This document shows, one piece after another, positions 9,215-16,501 of a stretch of DNA of 26,231 nucleotides. Source of the stretch: a virus (taxonomy: Duplodnaviria > Caudoviricetes). The position numbers were made by a program, and so were the translations under genes. Numbering within the stretch: position 1 is the first letter of the stretch; each line of letters begins with the position of its first letter. Where the stretch lies: IMG/VR virus record IMGVR_UViG_3300035661_000295, positions 1-26,231 of that record. One strand, 5' to 3'. The notes beneath the pieces were generated by a model. It was given only the letters and a program-made list of their open reading frames with translations. It had not been told where the DNA came from and searched no databases.

Positions 9215-9661
9215 ATGGCCGACACCCTTCAAACCCTCGCCCTTCTCAACGGAAAGGAGGCCGCGCTCATCCAGGCCAAGAACCTGGTGGATCAGTGCGC
9301 CGCTTCCATCGCGCAGCTCCAGGCGGCCAATTACGCGGAGAAAGCGCCCATCGTCGCCTCGCTCCAGGGCGTGCCCACCATCGGCATCAAGTCTCAACTC
9401 ACCGTTGAGGCTGAAGCTGAGCGGTTGGTGGGCATCAGCGCCATGATCGACGCGATCAAGGCCAACCCAGCAATTGACCCCACGGCTACCCAGGCGGCCT
9501 GGGTCGCGGCAGTCGCGGCCTTCACCACGAACACCCCCATCGAGAACCCCGTGGGAGTGGTCACGGCCATCATGCGGATCATCAATGCGCCGGACTGGGC
9601 ATCGTTCACGGCCATCATCTTGGCCGGGGCCAAGGCTGATCTTATCGCGGCGGTGTCGTGA
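9215..9661 (+). CDS. Hypothetical alanine-rich helical protein (possible fibre chaperone/partner)
   Basis: ATG 9215 with RBS aggag, 148 aa, GC-rich third codon positions. The upstream extension in the ORF track overlaps the fibre gene and is likely spurious. Confidence 0.75.
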   Translation: MADTLQTLALLNGKEAALIQAKNLVDQCAASIAQLQAANYAEKAPIVASLQGVPTIGIKSQLTVEAEAERLVGISAMIDAIKANPAIDPTATQAAWVAAVAAFTTNTPIENPVGVVTAIMRIINAPDWASFTAIILAGAKADLIAAVS

Positions 9662-10095
9662 TGGAACTCCTCCTCATCAGGAACCCCACCGAGCAAGGTA
9701 CCACGCTTGGCAAGCTAACCGTAGATGGCGCTTTTGAATGCTTCACGCTTGAGGACGAAGTTCGCGTGGACAATCCCGCTACGCCCCAGAACGAAGGAGC
9801 CAAGGTCTACGGGAAAACCGCAATCCCAGCAGGCCGCTACAAGATCACCATCACTTTCAGTCCGAAGTTCCAGAAGGAAATGTTGCTGGTTAACGAGGTC
9901 CCTGGGTTTACCGGCATCCGCATCCACTCAGGTAATGACGCGGAGGACACACTCGGCTGTATTCTTGTGGGCCAAGTAACTGACTCTGACACGCGAATCC
10001 ACGGTGGCTCTATCGCTCTCCCGGCTCTATTCAAGAAAGTCTCTGCTATCCTCAACAAAGGCGAAGAAGTCTGGCTGACAATCAGGAACGGCTAG
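9661..10095 (+). CDS. Endolysin, DUF5675-type (L,D-peptidase-like fold)
   Basis: TLG.L...F.CFTLED, KVYGKTAIPAGRY, VPGF.GIRIHSGN...DT.GCILVG (His/Cys catalytic pattern). TGATG overlap; lies upstream of holin-like genes. Confidence 0.85.
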   Translation: MELLLIRNPTEQGTTLGKLTVDGAFECFTLEDEVRVDNPATPQNEGAKVYGKTAIPAGRYKITITFSPKFQKEMLLVNEVPGFTGIRIHSGNDAEDTLGCILVGQVTDSDTRIHGGSIALPALFKKVSAILNKGEEVWLTIRNG

Positions 10096-10114
10096 CATAG
10101 CAAAAGGAGAAGAA

Positions 10115-10417
10115 GTGAAACCCGACCAGATACCTAAACCTAGCGGAAGTAACAAGGTCTCGATGGAGTCCGCGCACAATCCCACCAGACCAGATTCGTG
10201 CCAGTACTACGAGCGAAGGAAGACAATCTCCCAGTCCAAGCTCCGTCCTTATATCGACATCGCCAAGATCATGGTGTTGATCGCTATGGCCCACCTCATC
10301 CTCAAATTGGTAGCGAACTTTGGCGAAGTAATCAAGGAAGTCAAACGCCAGACTGACGTTATCATTGATATCCATGATCATATCCATAACAACGATAAAT
10401 CAACCAACGGGAAATGA
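10115..10417 (+). CDS. Single-TM membrane protein in lysis cassette
   Basis: GTG start after aaggag; hydrophobic segment IAKIMVLIAMAHLILKLVANF. Confidence 0.65.
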   Translation: MKPDQIPKPSGSNKVSMESAHNPTRPDSCQYYERRKTISQSKLRPYIDIAKIMVLIAMAHLILKLVANFGEVIKEVKRQTDVIIDIHDHIHNNDKSTNGK

Positions 10418-10418
10418 C

Positions 10419-10637
10419 ATGGAATCTGTCTTGACCTTCCTCGGGAACCCTACCGTCAATACGCTTATACTCGCTATAGCGGTTTACTTTCTTAAAGACT
10501 TCGCTCTTGCTGTCAAAGATCTTAAGAAGGAGATCGAGATGCATAAGCTCCAAGTGGCTCGTGAATACGCCACCAAAGAGGAGGTCTCTGAGACTATCGA
10601 ACGACACGAGAAGCTTCTCCACCACAACCAAATTTAG
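10419..10637 (+). CDS. Small TM + coiled-coil lysis-associated protein
   Basis: ATG 10419 just after the previous stop. TM segment TLILAIAVYFL, then coiled coil VKDLKKEIEMHKLQVAREYATKEEV. Confidence 0.7.
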   Translation: MESVLTFLGNPTVNTLILAIAVYFLKDFALAVKDLKKEIEMHKLQVAREYATKEEVSETIERHEKLLHHNQI

Positions 10638-10651
10638 CCAAGGAGGCTAGC

Positions 10652-11068
10652 ATGAATCTCACGGATATCACTGGTATTGGCTCTGTAGCTGATCTAATCA
10701 AGGGAACCATCGACAAGATCTGGCCTGACAAGACTCAGGCCGAGAAGGATCAGATGGCTGCTGCAATGGCTATTCTCCAAGGCCAGATTGCAATGAATCA
10801 AGGGCAACTGGACATCAACAAGGCCGAAGCTGCTAACCCCAACTTCTTTATCAGCGGTTGGCGTCCGTTTGTAGGTTGGGTGTGCGGTTCCGCCTGTGCC
10901 TGGAACTGGGTTGGTCTTCCCATCTGCAATTTCCTGGCGGCTGCTTTCCACAAAGAACTGAAAGTCAGTCCAGCCGATCTGACTCAGATGCTGCCACTCC
11001 TCCTAGGCATGCTGGGTATGGGTGCCCTACGGACCTATGAAAAGTCCAAGGGGGTCGCCGCCAGCTGA
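10652..11068 (+). CDS. Holin, GTA_holin_3TM family
   Basis: IDKIWPD, Q.DINK.EA....F.SGWRPFVGWVCG and LLGMLGMG.LRTYEK signature; RBS aaggagg. Confidence 0.88.
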   Translation: MNLTDITGIGSVADLIKGTIDKIWPDKTQAEKDQMAAAMAILQGQIAMNQGQLDINKAEAANPNFFISGWRPFVGWVCGSACAWNWVGLPICNFLAAAFHKELKVSPADLTQMLPLLLGMLGMGALRTYEKSKGVAAS

Positions 11069-11098
11069 CCAACCTCCGAGGGGTCCATCCCTAACGCA

Positions 11099-11123
11099 AA
11101 AGCGCCCCGTAATGGGGCGCTTT
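11099..11123. terminator. Bidirectional intrinsic terminator between convergent arms
   Basis: Perfect inverted repeat aaagcgcccc-gtaat-ggggcgcttt with A/T runs on both sides. Confidence 0.8.
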
Positions 11124-11221
11124 GACGTGCTGACGATGTGGAAGGGGTCCAGGTGAGGGAACCCTGCGGCTGAGGGTCCCGGAGGCCTTCTTGGGCCAAT
11201 TCCGACCAAAATAAATATGAT

Positions 11222-11425
11222 TCAGTTCCGTGCTCTCGGGATCATAGACTCCCTGATCTTCTCGCGTTCAGCCTTCCTGCGGATTGTGAGGTAGGCTTTC
11301 TTCCCCTCAGGAGTGATCTCCCACGATCCGAACTGGTCGCGACGGCACCATCCCAGTTGCTCGAGTTCGTCGAGCGATTTGTCTGTGGTTCCAGTCCCTG
11401 GTACGATCGAGATGGTCATTGACAT
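11222..11425 (-). CDS. Small protein, winged-helix-like
   Basis: L.ELE.LGW.......W.IT.EG pattern; RBS aggag. Confidence 0.6.
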   Translation of the reverse strand: MSMTISIVPGTGTTDKSLDELEQLGWCRRDQFGSWEITPEGKKAYLTIRRKAEREKIRESMIPRARN

Positions 11426-11604
11426 TTTTTACTCCTGAAAGGAGGCTTGTCGTGGCTGTCTCGGGGTGAGGCAGGCGATTGCACGGCAGGCGATGGGTTG
11501 GCTAAGATGTAGAAGAAACAGGATAGTAGAGATAGAAACAAGATCCAGCTGATGGTCAGGCTAAGGTAGTAGAGCCTCAGTGTGACTTGATTGTGGGTAG
11601 CCAT
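11416..11604 (-). CDS. Small membrane protein
   Basis: Hydrophobic segment LYYLSLTISWILFLSLLSCFFYIL; TAATG coupling to the upstream gene. Confidence 0.6.
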   Translation of the reverse strand: MATHNQVTLRLYYLSLTISWILFLSLLSCFFYILANPSPAVQSPASPRDSHDKPPFRSKKCQ

Positions 11605-12017
11605 TAGGACCTCAGCAGGTTTAAGATCAAGTTTCGGTCTGCTTTGGGGTTATAGGTCGTGAAGATTGCCTTCCCCGGTAGAATGCCTTGTTGGCAATTC
11701 CGGAGTTCTCTGGCATTGATTCCATCAAAAACGTAAAGTGCTTGGTCGGTGCGGAGGAAGATAAATGCTCGAGCTCCAGTCCTGGCCTCCCTGACTAGCC
11801 AGTTGACCTGGGCTGGTCGGAGCTTCTTCAAACCCTTGCTGACGTCGGGGTGCATAATCGAGGGAGCATACTTATCCTCGATCCAGCCAGTCAGACCCTT
11901 CGCGTTGTAGTAGATGTCCGGGACTCCAGGAGAACTAGCCCTGGATTCGATCCTCGTGAATTCCACGTCCGGGGTCAGCAAATCCATAATGTAGGTGTTT
12001 GCTCTAGCCTCACTCAT
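11604..12017 (-). CDS. PD-(D/E)xK nuclease (VRR-NUC / Holliday-junction resolvase-like)
   Basis: SE...RIE....PGVPD.......WIEDK...LRPAQ..W; lies near a SNF2 helicase. Confidence 0.82.
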   Translation of the reverse strand: MSEARANTYIMDLLTPDVEFTRIESRASSPGVPDIYYNAKGLTGWIEDKYAPSIMHPDVSKGLKKLRPAQVNWLVREARTGARAFIFLRTDQALYVFDGINARELRNCQQGILPGKAIFTTYNPKADRNLILNLLRS

Positions 12018-12252
12018 CTTCGGGCTCCACTCGGTGAACCCTCTCGTGTAGTGAGGATCTGGGGTTGCACTTGCAGTCGAAGTACAGGACTTCCTCTTTG
12101 TCGATGTGAGTTCCAGAGCCTAAGATGACCAGAGGCCTGGAGCACCTGCTACAGAGCGGGTGTTCCATGTTGAAAGGCCAGACTCCTTGTATGATTGTGC
12201 CTGGGAGTAGGTTCTGACCCTCGTACTTAATGAGAGGTTGAGGCCCTGTCAT
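12010..12252 (-). CDS. Hypothetical zinc-ribbon protein
   Basis: CSRC...CKC; overlaps both neighbours. Confidence 0.6.
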   Translation of the reverse strand: MTGPQPLIKYEGQNLLPGTIIQGVWPFNMEHPLCSRCSRPLVILGSGTHIDKEEVLYFDCKCNPRSSLHERVHRVEPEDE

Positions 12253-12485
12253 TTGGAGAACCTCTTGGTTAATACGAAGGTATCGACCATCAGAGCAGCC
12301 TCAGCCTCCTTCGCTGTGGCGTATGGGCCATACCACTCCCAAGGTTTGGCAGGTGCGACGAGGTCTGGGAAGATCCAATATTCAATCTTCGCAAGAGCCT
12401 TCCTGCCTCGTACACGCTTTTGGATGCGGCCATGTAGCTGGGACTCAAAGTCGTTGGGACCTATTTGCTTGAAGTCGTTGGCCAT
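12249..12485 (-). CDS. Hypothetical protein
   Basis: ATG 12485 after ggag; C-terminal WYGPYAT..EAE motif. Confidence 0.65.
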   Translation of the reverse strand: MANDFKQIGPNDFESQLHGRIQKRVRGRKALAKIEYWIFPDLVAPAKPWEWYGPYATAKEAEAALMVDTFVLTKRFSK

Positions 12486-12537
12486 GGCCAAACTCCGCTG
12501 ATGATCAGGTAGGTTAGGTGGGTGAACTTGTAGCGTT

Positions 12538-14250
12538 TCATTGGCTCTCCATGAAGAAGGACTTGGGGTCCTGGTTGATGATGTCGGCTATTGACTTCTT
12601 CTTCTGCAGACTGGTAATGATCTTGCGGTCGTTTGTTTTGATCGCTTCCAGGTCGGTGATCGTCAGGTGATCCTGCATTCCGATTCGGTGAGCGCGATCC
12701 TCGGCCTGGAGCCTCTTCAGCAGGGAGTAGTCATTGCTGTAGAAGATCTCTTCGGAAGCTGCGGTCAAAGTTAAGCCTGTACCTGCTGTAGAAGGGTTCC
12801 CGATGAACCACTGGATTCGCTTGTCGTTCTGAAAGCGATCTACAGCCTCGGCTCGCATGTCATCGCTGATGCCACCGTAGTAAGCGACCGCCTTTGCGCC
12901 GAGTCGCTCCCGCAACATCATCAGGTCTGCTCGGAACCTAGACCAGATGATGACCTTCCCGCTAGCGACTTCGAGATTTTCGAGTAGAGCCTCCAGACGA
13001 GGATTACGTTCTGAGATGGGAGTGAGCCTACCCTTGTCGTCGTCCCCAGGGAACCAGTTGCAAGCGATCTGCTGGAGCCTCATCAGCCTTGTGACTGCGA
13101 GGTCGGCTGTCAGCTCGCGGTCCCCTAGCATAGTGAAGAACTCGCGGTTCAGCTCGTCGTAGAGCTTCCTCTGAGCTGGGGTGAGCTCGAAGGGATAGCG
13201 CTTGTAGACCTTCTCAGGCAGATCGAGGCAGTCCTTCTTGAGATTGCGGGAGGAGTAACCGTCCACCTTCTTAATGAGCTTCTCGACGTTCTTGAAACCA
13301 ACGACCTGCTTGCGTTCGAACCCTCCCATGATGCAGAACTCGTTGCGGAATCCAGTGAGGGTATCGTGTCCAATGATGTTGGGATCCAGAAACCGGAACT
13401 GGGAGTAGTAGTCCTCTGGACCTTTCTCGATCGGGGTTCCTGACATGATTCGCCGATACAGAGCGTGCGAGCCCACTTTCCAGAGGAAACGGGTGCGCTT
13501 GGCCTTGGAGCCTTTGATCCAGTGGCTCTCATCCACTACCATCATAGTCTTGCGGCTCTTGACGAGGAAATGGATGAAGTCCTGAGCTCGCTCGGAGGTG
13601 AAGCCGTCTACGTTGAAGGTAGCAATCAAAAGCTTATCTTTGGGCCACTTGGTCAGTTCCTCGGCCAATTCCTTGAACTTCTTCTCCGATAGCGAGGAGG
13701 AATAGTAGCGAGCTATGTATTCTTTGGGTCCTAGGGGAAGGTGCGCAGGGATCTCGTTGTCTACCCAGTTCCGATGGACTCCATTTGGAGCAACGACGAC
13801 CAATGCGTCGATCTTGTGCTTACGGAATAAATATGCCGCCGAATCCAGAGCGACCTTAGTCTTGCCGCATCCTTGCTCATCGAGCAACCCCCAAACCACC
13901 TTATCGCGAGACAAGAGAAAGACTCGCCTTTGGTGGATACGAGGCTCGGTCTTGTAGACGAAGTCGTCAGTGAGAGAGAGGAGATTGATGCCTTCCCTCT
14001 TCGCAGCTGAATTCTCAGCAGCCTCGGCACTCTTCTTCGAGTAAGCATCTCGGATCTCCTGGGCTGCAGAATCCCAGAAAGCATCTGGGAATGTCTCTGA
14101 TAGGAACTCGACGTTCGCAGAGCTAGGATTGGCGAAGAGGACACGACCTTCCCACTTCTTGCGTCCGGGGATCGCGGTCAGAAGGGCATAGGTGTCACCC
14201 CTAAGATCAGCAGTAACCTTGAGGTTCTTGCCATGAACAGTGATTTCCAT
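12538..14250 (-). CDS. SNF2-family (SF2) helicase/ATPase
   Basis: DEQGCGKT, DESH, SGTP, G.GLTLTAA and QAEDRAHRIG. Start ATG 14250 after aaggag. Confidence 0.95.
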   Translation of the reverse strand: MEITVHGKNLKVTADLRGDTYALLTAIPGRKKWEGRVLFANPSSANVEFLSETFPDAFWDSAAQEIRDAYSKKSAEAAENSAAKREGINLLSLTDDFVYKTEPRIHQRRVFLLSRDKVVWGLLDEQGCGKTKVALDSAAYLFRKHKIDALVVVAPNGVHRNWVDNEIPAHLPLGPKEYIARYYSSSLSEKKFKELAEELTKWPKDKLLIATFNVDGFTSERAQDFIHFLVKSRKTMMVVDESHWIKGSKAKRTRFLWKVGSHALYRRIMSGTPIEKGPEDYYSQFRFLDPNIIGHDTLTGFRNEFCIMGGFERKQVVGFKNVEKLIKKVDGYSSRNLKKDCLDLPEKVYKRYPFELTPAQRKLYDELNREFFTMLGDRELTADLAVTRLMRLQQIACNWFPGDDDKGRLTPISERNPRLEALLENLEVASGKVIIWSRFRADLMMLRERLGAKAVAYYGGISDDMRAEAVDRFQNDKRIQWFIGNPSTAGTGLTLTAASEEIFYSNDYSLLKRLQAEDRAHRIGMQDHLTITDLEAIKTNDRKIITSLQKKKSIADIINQDPKSFFMESQ

Positions 14251-14354
14251 TCTGATTTTCTCCTTCCAGGGAGTCTTACCATTATGTCCGGAAAGACTGA
14301 GTTTGGGTGGGAATGGTAGACCCATGATCGTCACAGGCCCACCACCCAAATGGT

Positions 14355-14741
14355 CTAAGATTTAGTCCTGGAGATGATCTGAGAGGTTATGTCCATCAAC
14401 GCGAGAAGCTGGAGAATGTCCTCCGCGCTAGGCTGGGTATTCTTCCGTAGCTCCTCGATCATGATGCGACAGAAGCAGAGCTTCATCCCCTCACCCATGT
14501 TAGTTAGAGCTTCGGCGAGTGTTCCAACGGTGTCAACTTCTGCAATCGTCTCGAGGTCCACGAAGGTATCGAAGTTCGTGACGATGGTCTTGTGCTTGTG
14601 GGGCATGAGTTTGCCCTCGAAGAAGGTGATGGTGAGCAGCTTGCGTCCAATCTCCATCTGGGTCGGGTCGCCTTCAGGTGCGACGAAGATAGGCTTTCCG
14701 TCAATGACGGCGACGCAAGGGGGAGGGAGGAGTTTTGCCAT
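14355..14741 (-). CDS. Hypothetical protein
   Basis: 128-aa ORF with RBS aggag, co-oriented with the operon. Confidence 0.7.
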   Translation of the reverse strand: MAKLLPPPCVAVIDGKPIFVAPEGDPTQMEIGRKLLTITFFEGKLMPHKHKTIVTNFDTFVDLETIAEVDTVGTLAEALTNMGEGMKLCFCRIMIEELRKNTQPSAEDILQLLALMDITSQIISRTKS

Positions 14742-14809
14742 TGTAGGCTCCTAGAGAGTTACTTTGTGGGTTTTGCTTGCGGTGGGGTAGGTGACGAACA
14801 TAGATGCAC

Positions 14810-16438
14810 CTACACGATGTCAATGAGTTCGCGCTTAGCGCGGGTGGCAGCGACGTAGAGTAGATTGTTCTCCTGCTCGATCTGCCAAGGCTTCCTGGCC
14901 CACTTTGAGGGCATGTAGAGCTCGCGGTTCAAGATGTAGACTCGATCCCACTCACGCCCCTTGGATTTGTGGACGGTAGAAAGCAAGACCCCACGAGGCT
15001 TCTCGCCATCCTTGGTGTCGCCGAATAGAGCGTTGATGAAGTCGTAGAGAGACTCAACCTTGTTGTGACCCTCCTCCGTCTGCTTGTCGATGAGGACGCG
15101 CAGCGTAGCGACCTTGTCTTCCACAGCAGCTACCATCTCCTCGCGACCCTTGGCGAGCCACTTGGTAGTCTCTGCGGCCTGGTAGGACTCCAGCTTCTTG
15201 ACTAGCGCAGGCAGGGTCTTGACCTTCCAGCGTTTCGCGAGCTTCACGAGGCCTTGGCCGATCTCCTTTCCCTCGACAAAGCAAGGGATTCCCTTGCGAA
15301 GAAGGGTGTAGGCGAACTCGACGAGAGGCTTGGTATTGCGGCAGAGTACAGCATCTCCGATCGTTAGACCTTCAGCCCACAGATCGGTGAAGTGCGGAGG
15401 GAAGAGCCCAGGCTCGAAGTTCGTGCTTACGAAGCGGTGTAGGCCGTCTGGCGCTTCAGGAAGGGCGATCAGATCTGGTACCCACTGGTTGGCGAACTTG
15501 ACCACAGCCTTAGGGCAGCGATACGTTTCGTTCAAGGGGAGGATCTGGGACCCGAGCTGACGACGCAGTAGTTCCATAGCATCAGAGTCGGCTCCGGTGA
15601 ACCCGTAGATCGCCTGGGCTGGATCTCCGACAGCTACGAGACGCCCAGTAACAGGCTTCAGCATGGCCAGAGCCAAGGCACGGCGAGCTGCGTTCGTGTC
15701 CTGAGCCTCGTCGATCAGGACCCAGTCCTTAGGCCAGATCTTGGCCTTGTGGACAAGGGGAGCAAGGATCATGTCGTCGAAGTCGATGACCTCCCTGTCC
15801 TGAGCGATGCTTCGCTTGAGAATGCAAATGCAGAGGCTGATAGCCTCGCTGAGCGCGGAGGTTTCCTCGACACCCTCGTCGGCCAAATCGTCAGCAAGAC
15901 CGAAGTGGTCGACCATGTCCTCCCAGGCTCGCCGGTCGTCCATCGGGGTGATAAGCCCAAATGCTGACTGCTTCGCGAGGCTGACAGCCTTGCAGACGAA
16001 ATTCTTGTAGAGCTCGCAAGCTGATGCCTTTGCTCGAAGCTTGGTGGCTAGCTGAATTGTCTCGGACTGGAGAGCTTTGGTCTCGCACTCGTCTCGTAGA
16101 GCAACCACGAGGTTCTCGATCTTCTTGCCGTTGATCTGGACGTCCTTGGCGACACGCTTCCAGGCGCTGTAACCCGCGCTGTGCATCGTTCCGGCTGAGG
16201 CCTTCTTCCAGTCGATCCCTTCCTTCTTCAGCTTCTCCTGTAGTTCTGTGGCGATCGCTTTGTTGTAGGCACCCAGGAAAACCTCTCCTTTGTTGGCTGC
16301 GACGATGGCCTTGACCAGCGCCATGAGAGTGAAGGTCTTCCCGCATCCAGCTCGGGCAACCAGGTTTAGCGAGCCTTTCTGGTCGAGCGCCCAATTGATG
16401 ACGGCCTGCTGCTTATCGCTGAGTTTAATGCTAGACAT
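14810..16438 (-). CDS. UvrD/Rep-like SF1 helicase
   Basis: ARAGCGKT, IDEAQD, VGDPAQAIYGF.GA, L.ETYRCP, STVHKSKGREW and NLLYVA.TRAK. Confidence 0.95.
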   Translation of the reverse strand: MSSIKLSDKQQAVINWALDQKGSLNLVARAGCGKTFTLMALVKAIVAANKGEVFLGAYNKAIATELQEKLKKEGIDWKKASAGTMHSAGYSAWKRVAKDVQINGKKIENLVVALRDECETKALQSETIQLATKLRAKASACELYKNFVCKAVSLAKQSAFGLITPMDDRRAWEDMVDHFGLADDLADEGVEETSALSEAISLCICILKRSIAQDREVIDFDDMILAPLVHKAKIWPKDWVLIDEAQDTNAARRALALAMLKPVTGRLVAVGDPAQAIYGFTGADSDAMELLRRQLGSQILPLNETYRCPKAVVKFANQWVPDLIALPEAPDGLHRFVSTNFEPGLFPPHFTDLWAEGLTIGDAVLCRNTKPLVEFAYTLLRKGIPCFVEGKEIGQGLVKLAKRWKVKTLPALVKKLESYQAAETTKWLAKGREEMVAAVEDKVATLRVLIDKQTEEGHNKVESLYDFINALFGDTKDGEKPRGVLLSTVHKSKGREWDRVYILNRELYMPSKWARKPWQIEQENNLLYVAATRAKRELIDIV

Positions 16439-16461
16439 GATGTTTCCCTTTCTCGGGAGGA

Positions 16462-16487
16462 GGGGAGCCTAGTTGCCCAGGCTCCCC
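16462..16487 (-). other. Intergenic GNRA-tetraloop hairpin (terminator or mRNA-stabilising element)
   Basis: Minus strand ggggagccugg-gcaa-cuaggcucccc, 11 bp with one G-U pair. No U-tract follows on the minus strand. Confidence 0.55.
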
Positions 16488-16501
16488 GTTGTTATGGTTT
16501 A

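Noticed and set aside
11130-11136. CTGACGA as a second hammerhead core
   Set aside because: No correctly placed GAAA strand or flanking stems.
12498-12504. CTGATGA as a hammerhead core
   Set aside because: It lies on the non-coding strand, with no GAAAC partner or stems.
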